NCBI GenBank assembly: GCA_963838925.1
Contig: CAWISW010000001.1
Location: 160,001-224,000, forward strand
DNA length: 64,000 bases
Source of the DNA: an uncultured Nitrososphaerota archaeon
GTDB taxonomy: Archaea; Thermoproteota; Nitrososphaeria; Nitrososphaerales; Gagatemarchaeaceae
Direction of reading: 5' to 3'
The notes under the pieces are model-generated. The model was given only the letters and a program-made list of their open reading frames with translations, was not told where the DNA came from and ran no database searches. Made by a program: the position numbers and the translations under genes. This document shows positions 10,056 through 19,455 of this stretch, piece by piece (positions within the stretch are counted from its first letter, which is position 1; each line of letters begins with the position of its first letter).

Positions 10056-10310
10056 ATGGCAAAGATGGGCGACGTCGCCACAATCACGAGCAAGAGCATG
10101 GTGACCATACCCTCCAGAATAAGGAGAAAGTACGGTCTGCATCAAGGAAGCAAGGTGGCGTTTGTGGAGATTGAGGAAGGCATCTTTTTCGTTCCTGTAA
10201 ACACGCTTGGAGAATTGAGGGGCGCTGCGGGCACGGACTCCAGTCTCTTGTTCGAAGCGGTTAGAGAACTGGAGAGAGAACACAGAGAAGAAGCGCGAAA
10301 GGATGGATGA
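10056..10310 (+). CDS. AbrB/MazE/SpoVT-family antitoxin-like protein
   Basis: Pattern TITSKSMVTIPSRIRRKYGL..G.KV.F. Confidence 0.88.
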   Translation: MAKMGDVATITSKSMVTIPSRIRRKYGLHQGSKVAFVEIEEGIFFVPVNTLGELRGAAGTDSSLLFEAVRELEREHREEARKDG

Positions 10311-10502
10311 GAAGGTAGTGATTGTTTCAAAAGGCATTAATGACTGCTGACCTTTCCTGAGCTCATCTCGGCCTGAGCTAAGGATTGGACGCACCACCCA
10401 GGATTAGGGCTTTGGTTTCACTAGGAGGCAGGGTTGTGAGGTCGAGCCCCTCCTAAGTCGGCGATACCTTAAGAACCGAGGCGGCCGCCTTTCGACGCAG
10501 CA

Positions 10503-11546
10503 ATGAAGGTGGCGATCCTGACCAGGGACTACCCTCCGGCCATAGGCGGGATAGCCACGCACGTGGAGGGGCTCGTGGACGCCCTGAGGCGGATGGGCGT
10601 CGAGGCTGACCTCTACGTGGGCTCCAACGACGTCAAGACCCTCTTCCTCCCCTTCGACATCCCCGTCAAGGAGTACGACGTGGTCCACGTCCAGAGCCTC
10701 CCCTACGGCGCCTTCGTCTTCGGGGCGCCGCTCGTCGTCACAGTCCACTCCCCGGTCCTCGAGGAGTTCGCCCACTACAGGAACGCCTTGAAGGTGGCAT
10801 CCATCCCGGCCATCGCCCTTGAGAAGGTCTCCCTGTCCAGGGCCAGCGCTGTGCTCGCCGTGAGCGAGCAGAGCAGGGCCGACCTCGTCGAGAAGTACGG
10901 GCTGGAGGAGGGGAGAGTGGAGGTGATCGGGAACGGCGTGGACTGTGAGCGCTTCTCGGGGCGGAGGGATTCGGCGACCTCGTCATCTCTGAGGAAGGTG
11001 CTAGTGGTGTCGAGGCTGGAGCCGCGCAAGAACGTCAAGGAGGCGATTGAAGTGGTCGTCAAGCTTCCGAGGGGCAGCTGCCGCCTCGAGATCGCTGGGG
11101 ACGGTTCCGAGAAGTCTGCTCTGATGGAACTCACGAGGAGCTTGGGGGCCGAAGATGTCGTACACTTCCATGGACGAGTCAGCGCAAGCGCGCTCCCGGA
11201 GCTCTACGGGGACTCCTCTATCTTCCTAACCACGAGCAGCTCCGAGGGGTTCGGGCTCTCCTTGCTCGAGGCCATGTCCTCAGGCTTGGCTTGCGTGGCG
11301 TCGGACCTCCCAACCCATAGGGCGTTGATTGAGCACGGGGTCAGCGGCCTGATTTACTCTAGCAGAGCAGAGCTGGTCTCGTGTCTCGAGGAGATACTCT
11401 CGTCGCCGGAGAAAGCAGAAAGGCTCGGGGAGGCCGCGCGGCAGGTTGCTGGCGGCCACAGGTGGGAGAAGGTTGCCGAGAAAGTGGCCGGGGCGTACGA
11501 AAGCGTGGTTCGGAACTCGGCGAAATCCTCACTGCGAGTTAAATAG
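10503..11546 (+). CDS. Glycosyltransferase family 4
   Basis: Motifs YPPAIGG, SRLEPRKN and EGFGLSLLEAM. Confidence 0.95.
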   Translation: MKVAILTRDYPPAIGGIATHVEGLVDALRRMGVEADLYVGSNDVKTLFLPFDIPVKEYDVVHVQSLPYGAFVFGAPLVVTVHSPVLEEFAHYRNALKVASIPAIALEKVSLSRASAVLAVSEQSRADLVEKYGLEEGRVEVIGNGVDCERFSGRRDSATSSSLRKVLVVSRLEPRKNVKEAIEVVVKLPRGSCRLEIAGDGSEKSALMELTRSLGAEDVVHFHGRVSASALPELYGDSSIFLTTSSSEGFGLSLLEAMSSGLACVASDLPTHRALIEHGVSGLIYSSRAELVSCLEEILSSPEKAERLGEAARQVAGGHRWEKVAEKVAGAYESVVRNSAKSSLRVK

Positions 11547-11574
11547 GAACCAGAACTCTCTGGACCGCAGCGTC

Positions 11575-11754
11575 TTGCCTTCAAGAGCTTCAGAGAAGGC
11601 CCCCGAGTGGGTCGAAGCATACCTACTCCCTAGAATCGAATCTATCTTCCGCTCAATCCTGAAGCAGGAGCTTTCCCATCTTGAGAAGGCAATGAACGCG
11701 AGATTCGACGCGCTCGATAAGAAGCTAGGCGTCGAACTTGAGAAGCTTGAGTGA
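11575..11754 (+). CDS. Short coiled-coil protein or fragment, paralogous to 27248-27619
   Basis: In-frame TTG at 11575; EKAPEWVEAYLLPRI resembles EKVPGWLGRVLLPQI. Confidence 0.5.
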   Translation: MPSRASEKAPEWVEAYLLPRIESIFRSILKQELSHLEKAMNARFDALDKKLGVELEKLE

Positions 11755-11759
11755 AAAGA

Positions 11760-12152
11760 TCACCAGCGTATGACGCGGATGCCCTTCATCTCTGAGAAGT
11801 GCTCGTCTCTTGAAATCAGGGTCTCCCTGTTTTCAGCCACAATTCCCGCTATCAAGACGTCGAACTCGCCCGACAACTTACCCTTCCTCCTTAGGTCGGC
11901 ATAGATGTCCGCTCCAAGTGTGCAGCTCTCGTTGGTCAGCGGCAAGACCCTCAGCCCTTCGATTAGCGTTCTCACGCTCTCCGTGTTCCTTGCCGAATCC
12001 GATGAGATGAGCGCCCCCTTTAGGAGCTCGTACGCGGTGATCGCCGTTGTAGTCGGAATCCTCTTTTCATCCTCGAGGAGTCGCAGGACTTCTGCGGCCT
12101 TCCCATCTCCTCTGAGGAAACCTATTAGGAGGTCGGTGTCTAGGCAGACCAA
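11760..12152 (-). CDS. VapC-type PIN-domain toxin
   Basis: TTG start at 12152 gives MVCLDTD; motifs TAYEL, FDVLIAG and SRDEHF. Confidence 0.92.
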   Translation of the reverse strand: MVCLDTDLLIGFLRGDGKAAEVLRLLEDEKRIPTTTAITAYELLKGALISSDSARNTESVRTLIEGLRVLPLTNESCTLGADIYADLRRKGKLSGEFDVLIAGIVAENRETLISRDEHFSEMKGIRVIRW

Positions 12153-12153
12153 C

Positions 12154-12381
12154 TCAGAGCCGTAGCTCCCTGCCCTTCGTGTTCTCTCTTTCCGCCGCCA
12201 GCATCCGGCCAATACTCTCCAAGTCGTCTCCCGACCATGCCCCCTTCAGTGCAAGCAGCGAGGGCCCCCGCTTGTCCCCGGTGAGTCTCACCACAACATC
12301 GGAGAAGGACTCGCCCTCTCCCTTTCGCTGCTTCAGCCTCCGGTACGCATCCTCAGATAGTGATATCACCTTCGTCATCAT
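12154..12381 (-). CDS. Archaeal VapB-type antitoxin
   Basis: TKVISLSEDAYRRLK..K.EGESFSDVV; directly upstream of the PIN gene. Confidence 0.9.
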   Translation of the reverse strand: MMTKVISLSEDAYRRLKQRKGEGESFSDVVVRLTGDKRGPSLLALKGAWSGDDLESIGRMLAAERENTKGRELRL

Positions 12382-12512
12382 ATATGTGCATATGCATGCA
12401 CCTATAAAAGCGCAACGGCAGGCATCAATCTGATTGTGTTTCTAGTCGCTTGCTTGCGCTTTGTTCATGCTTTAATGGCCGGAGATGCGAAGGCCCTCAA
12501 GACCGAGGAAGA

Positions 12513-13541
12513 TTGCCAAAGACATTCCTTCTCTGCTGGGCTCCGTTCGGGTTCAGATTGGATGAACTCGCGCAAGTCGTGGGAGCCGAGCGCGCCAGCA
12601 TTACTGTGCTCTACGGCCCGCGCTACTTTGCCCCGATCCGTTACCTCGCGCTGTTCTTCCGGACGCTGGTTCTTCTAGCACAGAGGCGGCCTGACGTCGT
12701 CTACGCCCAGAACCCCCCTGTCTTCTGCCCTCTGACTTGCCTGCTCTATTGCCGCCTGACGGGCGCGAGGCTCGTGCTCGACCACCACTCGATATGGAGC
12801 GTCAAGACCCTGGGAGGGAGAAGCCCCCTCTCGCGCGGGATTGCCTTCCTCGAGCGCGTCGTCTCACGCGCCGCCGACGCCAACACGACCCCTCACAGCC
12901 TCTGGGCGCGGATGCTGGTGAAGATGGGGGCGAGGGACGTCCTGGTGTACCACGACTACGTCCCCAAGAACCAGCGCCGGCCTGACGAGGCGTTGAAGCG
13001 AGAGATGGCCGAGGGTCCCCTCCTCGCAATCGCGTCCCACGGGGGCCACCCCCTCGAGAGGCTGGAGGTCGAGGCAGCGGCTGTTGGAAAGGAGAGGGAG
13101 GACGGGGTCTCGCTCGTGATCAGCGGCCCAAAGGAGAAGCTGGAGAGGAGGTTCGCCTCGATGGCCCTGCCGCCAAACGTGAAGTACGCTGGGTTCCTCG
13201 ACAGGGAGGTGTACGAGTCGCTGAAGGCGTCCGCCGACTTCGCCCTCAACATCACCGACGAGCCGTACACGCTCTCCCACGTGCTCTTCGAGTTTGCCGC
13301 AAGCTCGCTCCCCATCGTCTCGTCGAGGCAGGAGGTCGTGGAGGAGCTCTTCGGCGACTCCCTCCTCTACGCGGACTCTACCGTCGAGGACGTAGCGGAG
13401 AAGGTCAGGCAGCTCTGCTCCGGGCCCGCTAGGGCGGAGTGGGCCGCGAGGGTGAGGCAGAAGCAGGACGAGCTGACGTCGTTGAACACGAAGGAGGTTT
13501 CCGAATTGAAGCGCCTTGTCTCGGGGAGTGAGCTGCAGTGA
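12513..13541 (+). CDS. Glycosyltransferase (GT4-like); start uncertain (12450 or 12513)
   Basis: RPDVVYAQNPP, LVLDHH and a GT-B C-terminal pattern. Confidence 0.85.
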   Translation: MPKTFLLCWAPFGFRLDELAQVVGAERASITVLYGPRYFAPIRYLALFFRTLVLLAQRRPDVVYAQNPPVFCPLTCLLYCRLTGARLVLDHHSIWSVKTLGGRSPLSRGIAFLERVVSRAADANTTPHSLWARMLVKMGARDVLVYHDYVPKNQRRPDEALKREMAEGPLLAIASHGGHPLERLEVEAAAVGKEREDGVSLVISGPKEKLERRFASMALPPNVKYAGFLDREVYESLKASADFALNITDEPYTLSHVLFEFAASSLPIVSSRQEVVEELFGDSLLYADSTVEDVAEKVRQLCSGPARAEWAARVRQKQDELTSLNTKEVSELKRLVSGSELQ

Positions 13542-13550
13542 TTCCGGTGC

Positions 13551-15050
13551 TTACGCGAAGCTCTCCTTGAGCGCCTTGAGTATGAACTCCCTGAGGGTCT
13601 TGTCGAGCGCGAGGACGAAAGCCCCGTACGCGCAGACCCCGACAGTGCTAACGACGACGAGCTCGAAGGCGAGGAAGAACGTGCCCCCGCCATAGACGAT
13701 GAAGCGCTGGAGCATGTAGAGCACGACGGCCATTATCGCCGCCCCCACCACGTACAGCTCTATCGAGCGGGGGATGACGAGCCTCCCAACCCTGCGGACG
13801 CGCCTCGCCTTCACGAGTATGAAGAAGGCGAACACGGACAACTGCGCTAACGCCCAGACGTCGAGCGTGGTGGCGATGGGGACGCTGTATGCGATCCCGC
13901 CCGCGACTGTGAGGAGCACCGCCCCGAGGTACACCGCTGTCAGGGCGATGTTCACCTTCGCGACGAACAGGATGCTGCTCTTGAGATAGTCGCTGAACTT
14001 CGCGTCCTCGTTCACGTCGACCCTGTCCTTCCCCAGGAGGATGGTGTCAAACACCGCGGAGACCGTGTTGACCAGCGCCGCAAGGGCAAGGACGCCCAGC
14101 GCTACGCTCGCGTCGAGGTACTCCGGGTTGAGTAGGTGGAGTATGGGAGCAGCAAGGACCGCGGCCCCCACCGCCATCGGGATCCCGAAGGCCAACGCGA
14201 GGTCGAGGGTCATCGCGGTCACCTCGTCGCTCCCGCCCTTGAGGAGGAGGGGATACATCGCGGAGGCGAGGTAGAACGAGTACCCGGCGAGTCCGGCGAC
14301 CGAGAACGCCGCCTGGTAGTGCCCGACGAGGACAGTGTCGCCCGCTGCGAGCGAGGCGATGTACGTGTCCGCGAGGCCGAGGTAGAGCGGGAGCGTGGTC
14401 AGCATCGGCAGCCAGGAGTGAGCCAGCCACTTCCTCCCCTGCTCGAGGCTGATGGGGCTGGAGGTCGCGTCGCCCGCTAGCGCTGCTGAGGCTATCGACT
14501 GGGCGAGGTTCGCCACCATGACCGCGAGTATCACTCCGTCTATCCCCACCTTGAACACTATCAGGAGCGGGTAGCCGACCGCGAGCTTGGCGACCTCGGA
14601 GAATATCACGGCGTAGCCCAGCACCACCGGCCTGTGGCCGGCGACCACCGAGTTCGCGGCCTGGTTGAAGTAGGCAACCGGCACCAGGAGCACCGCGAAG
14701 AGGAGCGTCGCGAGGTTGGCCGAGGGGATCCTCGACGCGCTGAAGTAGGAGAGCCCGAAGTAGATGGCCACGCCGAGCGCGCTGAGGGCGACGTTGAGGA
14801 CGAGGGCCGTCTTCCCGAGGAGCTTCCCGCGCGCGATGTCCCTCGTCGCCCAGAAGGCGGCCAGGCCGGCGGGATAGGCGGCGAACGCGATGATGTCGGT
14901 GATGACCTCGTAAAGCCCGAACTGCTGGACCGAGAGGGAGCGCGTCATCATCACGAGGAAGATCAGACCGGTGAAGATGCTCGCGATCCGGGCGCCGAAG
15001 ACGACCAACCCCGTCTTCCTAAGTGAGATTTGTGAGCTCAAGCCTTTCAC
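13551..15050 (-). CDS. Polysaccharide flippase (Wzx/MOP superfamily)
   Basis: About 14 TM segments; N-terminal TRSLSVQQFGLY pattern; glycosylation context. Confidence 0.85.
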   Translation of the reverse strand: MKGLSSQISLRKTGLVVFGARIASIFTGLIFLVMMTRSLSVQQFGLYEVITDIIAFAAYPAGLAAFWATRDIARGKLLGKTALVLNVALSALGVAIYFGLSYFSASRIPSANLATLLFAVLLVPVAYFNQAANSVVAGHRPVVLGYAVIFSEVAKLAVGYPLLIVFKVGIDGVILAVMVANLAQSIASAALAGDATSSPISLEQGRKWLAHSWLPMLTTLPLYLGLADTYIASLAAGDTVLVGHYQAAFSVAGLAGYSFYLASAMYPLLLKGGSDEVTAMTLDLALAFGIPMAVGAAVLAAPILHLLNPEYLDASVALGVLALAALVNTVSAVFDTILLGKDRVDVNEDAKFSDYLKSSILFVAKVNIALTAVYLGAVLLTVAGGIAYSVPIATTLDVWALAQLSVFAFFILVKARRVRRVGRLVIPRSIELYVVGAAIMAVVLYMLQRFIVYGGGTFFLAFELVVVSTVGVCAYGAFVLALDKTLREFILKALKESFA

Positions 15051-15087
15051 TGGATCCGAGAGTTCAGCCCTTGCTGGCGCAGGGCTT

Positions 15088-15336
15088 TCAGTCTTGCCTT
15101 GATGCTCGCGGCCTGTTTCCGACGCGAACTAGTGAGCCTGAATTGCCCCGCCTCATTCTCGCGATGGTCGCCTTAATCGACCGGCCTTCCTGGGGTGTCA
15201 GTGCCCCGGCCAAGTCGAGAATCGCAGTCCGCTGAATCATTCTCTCAATCAAATCGGTAAAGCTCTCTCCTGGCTTCTTTAGCGCCTCCAGTCTCCTGTA
15301 TGCTTCGTCTGAGATGGCAACGCTCTTAGTCCCCAT
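15088..15336 (-). CDS. Orphan VapB-type antitoxin
   Basis: TKSVAISDEAYRRLEALKKPGESFTD; paralog of 12154-12381; no toxin downstream. Confidence 0.82.
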   Translation of the reverse strand: MGTKSVAISDEAYRRLEALKKPGESFTDLIERMIQRTAILDLAGALTPQEGRSIKATIARMRRGNSGSLVRVGNRPRASRQD

Positions 15337-15408
15337 GGCCTCTTGCGCTTGCATCTACAGTCGGAATAAGGCTTCCCTTGACAGTTCAGCAGTTTTTATA
15401 TATGGCCT

Positions 15409-15431
15409 TGTCATACATAAATTGTATGACA
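15409..15431. promoter_or_regulatory. Inverted-repeat operator over the antitoxin start
   Basis: TGTCATACA-taaat-TGTATGACA, downstream of a TTTTTATATA box and overlapping ATG 15426. Confidence 0.7.
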
Positions 15432-15650
15432 GAGCTTGTCAGCGTGAGAGTGGACAAGGAAACGAAGGAGCTTATCAGCAAACTCGGAATCAATGTCAGT
15501 GAGACGGTGAGGAAAGCCCTCCAAGACGAGATTAAGAGGAGAAGGGAGGAAGAACTCTCTCAAGGCTTGAAGAAGGCAAAGCTGATTCTCAGCAAGGTCT
15601 CCGACCGGGATATCATCAGAGCGGTGAGAGAGACACGGGATCAAAGGTGA
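15426..15650 (+). CDS. Antitoxin (RHH-like VapB)
   Basis: VSVRVDKETKE...GINVSETVRKAL; GTGA overlap with the PIN gene. Confidence 0.85.
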   Translation: MTELVSVRVDKETKELISKLGINVSETVRKALQDEIKRRREEELSQGLKKAKLILSKVSDRDIIRAVRETRDQR

Positions 15651-16063
15651 GCGATTCTACCGAATGCCTGCTGGACGCCAGTTCTCTCATGCTGATGATG
15701 AAGAATTTGGGAGGCGAGCTTGTTCCCAAATTGGGAAGCTTCAGCATTCTCGACCTGACGATGTACGAGATGGGGAACATCCTCTGGAAGGAGGGCTACC
15801 TCTCAAAAAGTCTTACGAGGGAGGAGCTCGCGAGCCTCGCGTCGACTACTGAGCAGATTCTGACTCTGGTCGAACGAGTCTCGATGAGTCCTGGGGACAT
15901 CGGCAAGACCTTGGAGCTCGCTGAAGACGAGGGCTTGACCTTCTACGACGCCAGCTACCTGCGGGCCGCAATCGATCAAGAGGTCTCCCTGGTAACCGAA
16001 GATGCAAAACTGCGGCGGGCCGCGCAGAAACATGTCACAGTAAAAACCGCAGCCGAACTCTAG
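15647..16063 (+). CDS. VapC-type PIN-domain toxin
   Basis: Motifs LLDASS, YEMGN, TFYDASY and VTED. Confidence 0.92.
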   Translation: MSDSTECLLDASSLMLMMKNLGGELVPKLGSFSILDLTMYEMGNILWKEGYLSKSLTREELASLASTTEQILTLVERVSMSPGDIGKTLELAEDEGLTFYDASYLRAAIDQEVSLVTEDAKLRRAAQKHVTVKTAAEL

Positions 16064-16130
16064 GAGAATTCGGCGCTCATGCTCCTGAACGAGATAATTA
16101 AGGGGACTTGGCTGGGAGCCAACAAGGAGA

Positions 16131-17114
16131 GTGCATGAACGTCTCATGAAGATGAAACTCGTCTCCACCGCATTCTTCTCGATCACCGTCGTGCTCTCCC
16201 GCGTTTTCCCGACTGCAGGGTTCCTGCTGGCCGTCTTCTTCGGAGCAGCCTTCTGCGCATACGGAATAGCCCGAAGCTTTGCCAAACGCCTTGACCCCTT
16301 TAACGACGTCCCTAACGCCCTCCGAGTCTTCCTAGCATCCTTTGGTGGCTTTCTAGTCACCTTGACGCCGGCCTTCGTCTTCCCGTCGGCTGGTATTCTC
16401 TTGCTGGTCGGCGCGCTTTTCCTCAACGACGAGTTCCAGCGGAGGGCCCTATATGCGGTGAGGACGGGGAGGAAGGGCGGCTCAATCGCCCTCCTCGGGA
16501 TCGACGGGAGCGGCAAGTCGTCGCACTCGAGGGTCACGGGGAGGTGGCTCGAGGACCGAGGGTACCGGTGCACGGTCATGCCCTTCCACAGGTACCTCTT
16601 CGTGGAGCGCCTCGCCGCGATATCGTCTGCTGTGGGCGGCGGGGGAGGCGGCGGAGAAAAGTTCCAGTTCAAACGGGGCGGCAACCCTCTCAGGCCGGTA
16701 GCCTCGCTCCTCGACAACCTCCTGCTCCAGCTCTCGAGCTCGGTGGGTTGCAGGGTCGAGGGAAGGGTCGTGATCTACGACAGGTTCATCTGGAGCACCT
16801 ACGTCAAGTACAAGGCCTTGGGCTATCCGGTCAAGCCGATCTCCGGGCTCTACCTCGCGCCCAGGCCGACCTTCGCGCTGGTGCTCAACGTCCCTGTGGA
16901 CAAGTCGCTGCATGTCATCGACCAAAGGGTGTCCCACATTCACTACCCACGGGAGGTCCTCGAGTCCGAGAGGGAGCAGTACCTCGAGATCGCTAGGAAG
17001 AACGGCTATCCTGTAATCGATGCGACGGCCGCTTTCGAGGACGTGCAGGGCAGGATAGAGTCGCATCTCGGCGCCCTCTTCCCGCCGGTGGGTCGAGGAG
17101 CAAAGGCGAATTGA
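16131..17114 (+). CDS. Membrane-anchored thymidylate-kinase-like P-loop kinase
   Basis: N-terminal TM hairpins, then GIDGSGKS and YDRF. Confidence 0.8.
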   Translation: MHERLMKMKLVSTAFFSITVVLSRVFPTAGFLLAVFFGAAFCAYGIARSFAKRLDPFNDVPNALRVFLASFGGFLVTLTPAFVFPSAGILLLVGALFLNDEFQRRALYAVRTGRKGGSIALLGIDGSGKSSHSRVTGRWLEDRGYRCTVMPFHRYLFVERLAAISSAVGGGGGGGEKFQFKRGGNPLRPVASLLDNLLLQLSSSVGCRVEGRVVIYDRFIWSTYVKYKALGYPVKPISGLYLAPRPTFALVLNVPVDKSLHVIDQRVSHIHYPREVLESEREQYLEIARKNGYPVIDATAAFEDVQGRIESHLGALFPPVGRGAKAN

Positions 17115-18358
17115 CCCTCAGGGAGTCGGCATACTCGGCGTTCTTTCTCGAGGGAAGCCTCGGCCTCCCGTCGGGCTCTCTACGCCCCGAGGATGTCCCG
17201 GCAGGCCTCGTCGAAGAGCTTTCGTCGGTGCTCCGCGGCACACCCCCGAAGGACGCGGCCACGCCTTCGCTCGACGCCCACGTGATGAGCTTCCTTGCGT
17301 CGCTCGAGCGGTCTGCTATCAAAGAGAACGGCTTCTTCGTCCGAAAGGCCAGATGGCCAGACGCCGCCCCCCTAGCCGTCTGCCTCACCCACGACGTGGA
17401 CAACATCGAGCGTCCTAGAGAGCACATCCTGAAGGTGAAGGAACGCTTCAGCAGGGCTGACCTTGCGAAGTGGAAGAAGGGCCTTGTCTCGCTCTACTAC
17501 AACCTCGAGCTCATCGGCGAAAAGGAGGGCGCCGAGGGCTTCCGCTCGAGCTTCTACCTCATGTCCGCGAACTACCCCCTCGAAAAGGTGAGGGCGACCT
17601 CCCGGAGGCTCCACGACAAGGGATGGGAGGTCGGGCTCCACGGGGACTTTGGGACGCACGACTCCGCGACCGAGATGAACGAGGCGGTACAGCGCCTGAA
17701 GTCAGGCATCGGGATACGCCCCCGAGGGCTGAGGGAGCACTACCTCAGGTTCGACTTTGCAAAGTCCTGGGAGGTCATGGAGGGCGCGGGCTTCGACTAC
17801 GACACCACCGTGGGGAACACCGACAGGCTCGGGTTCAAGCTAGGACTCGCCACGCCATTCCACCCGCCCGACGGAGGGTGGAGGCCGATGAGGCTGCTCG
17901 AGCTCCCCCTGTCCCTGATGGACACGACCCTCTGGGGATACCTCAAGAAGAGCGAGAGTGAGGGTCTCCAGGACGTGATGAGGTCGATGGCCATGGTGGA
18001 GCAGGTCGAGGGCCTGTTCACGCTTCTCTGGCACCAAGAGTCCGTGAGGATGAGGGGCGGGAGGATCTACTGGAAGATTCTGAAGGAGATTAGAGGACGG
18101 AAGAACGTGTTCGTCGGCAGCGGCGCGGACATCGCGAAGTGGTGGCGAGCCCGCGAGGTGCCGCTCAAAGTGGCCGGGAGCGGCAGGCTGATTACCCTTG
18201 GCGGGCGCCCACCAAAAGGCTTGACGCTCATCCTCAAGACGAAAGCCGGAGCGAAGGTGAAGGTTGCCGGAGGGTCGGTGAGCAAGGAGGGTGCAGGGAA
18301 GCTCCTCGTCAGGCCGTCAGGCCCCGCGTTCAAGATGGAGATGTCAGGGGGCGCTTGA
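17111..18358 (+). CDS. Polysaccharide deacetylase family protein
   Basis: Motifs LTHDVD, EVGLHG, REHYLRF, YDTT and LLWH. Confidence 0.88.
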   Translation: MTLRESAYSAFFLEGSLGLPSGSLRPEDVPAGLVEELSSVLRGTPPKDAATPSLDAHVMSFLASLERSAIKENGFFVRKARWPDAAPLAVCLTHDVDNIERPREHILKVKERFSRADLAKWKKGLVSLYYNLELIGEKEGAEGFRSSFYLMSANYPLEKVRATSRRLHDKGWEVGLHGDFGTHDSATEMNEAVQRLKSGIGIRPRGLREHYLRFDFAKSWEVMEGAGFDYDTTVGNTDRLGFKLGLATPFHPPDGGWRPMRLLELPLSLMDTTLWGYLKKSESEGLQDVMRSMAMVEQVEGLFTLLWHQESVRMRGGRIYWKILKEIRGRKNVFVGSGADIAKWWRAREVPLKVAGSGRLITLGGRPPKGLTLILKTKAGAKVKVAGGSVSKEGAGKLLVRPSGPAFKMEMSGGA

Positions 18359-18359
18359 G

Positions 18360-19451
18360 CTGAAGCCGACGCGCGTCCTCGTCACGGGGTCAGGCGGCCT
18401 CGCCGGCGTCAACTTCGTCCGCGCCCTGCGCGCCTCCTCCAGGGAGTATTACATCGTCGGGACGGACTTCAACAAGTACCACCTCCTCTATCCGGATGTA
18501 GACGCGAGGTACCTCACGCCCCGGCACAGCGACACGTCGTTCGTCAAGCGCGTCGCGGAGATAGCGAAGAAGGAGAGGGCGGACTTCCTCCATCCGCAGC
18601 CTTCCAGCGAGGCCTACGTCATCTCGGGCGCCAGGGAAAGAATACCGTGCAAGGTCTTCCTGCCGCCCGCCTCCGTCATGCGCGTCGGACAAGACAAGCT
18701 CCTCTCAGAGAGGAGGCTCAAAGCTGATGGCATCCCAGTAGCAAAGACGTTCCCAATCAGGGCAAAGACCGACATCGGCAAGGCCTTCGCCAAGCTCGGC
18801 CAGCCCCTCTGGGCCCGGGCGAGGCACGGGGCGGGAGGCAGGCTGAGCCTGCTCTGCGAGGACCCCCGCGAGGCGGCCCTCTGGATCGAGCTCTGGGTGA
18901 AGAGGGGCGGAGTCGGATATAGCGAGTTCATCTTGCAGGAGTACCTCCCGGGGAGGAACATCGCGTGGGACAGCATCTGGAAGGACGGGAAGCTCGTCAC
19001 CTCCTACTGCCGAGAGAGGCTCGAGTACCCCTTCAAGCACATCTCGCCCTCCGGAATAACCGGGACTCCCTCTGTCTCGAGGACCATCCGGTACCCGCGG
19101 CTCAACGACGTCGGGCAGCGCGCGGTGAAGGCCATCGACCCCAGGCCCCACGGAGCATACTCGGTGGACGTCAAGGAGTCTGCGAGCGGGAGCCCCTGCA
19201 TCACCGAGGTCGACTCGGGCAAGTTCCACTCGACGATGCCCCTCTGGGGGTACATCGCCGTGAAGCACCTGGGCCTTCCGGAGTACGCCAACCTCGCTGA
19301 CCTCTACGTCAGGCTGGGCATGGGCGAGGACGTGCGCGAGTTGCCCCCGAAGACCGACCTCCTCCCGGAGGGGTACTACCTCCTCAGGGACATGGACGTC
19401 GGCGCGTACCTTTGGAGGGAGGACGACGGGTCGAAAGTGAAGGTGCTCTAG
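18360..19451 (+). CDS. ATP-grasp ligase (carbamoyl-phosphate-synthase-like); start uncertain (18291 GTG or 18360 CTG)
   Basis: Motifs VLVTGSGG, QDK, QEYLPG and ITEVD. Confidence 0.82.
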   Translation: MKPTRVLVTGSGGLAGVNFVRALRASSREYYIVGTDFNKYHLLYPDVDARYLTPRHSDTSFVKRVAEIAKKERADFLHPQPSSEAYVISGARERIPCKVFLPPASVMRVGQDKLLSERRLKADGIPVAKTFPIRAKTDIGKAFAKLGQPLWARARHGAGGRLSLLCEDPREAALWIELWVKRGGVGYSEFILQEYLPGRNIAWDSIWKDGKLVTSYCRERLEYPFKHISPSGITGTPSVSRTIRYPRLNDVGQRAVKAIDPRPHGAYSVDVKESASGSPCITEVDSGKFHSTMPLWGYIAVKHLGLPEYANLADLYVRLGMGEDVRELPPKTDLLPEGYYLLRDMDVGAYLWREDDGSKVKVL

Positions 19452-19455
19452 GCCG

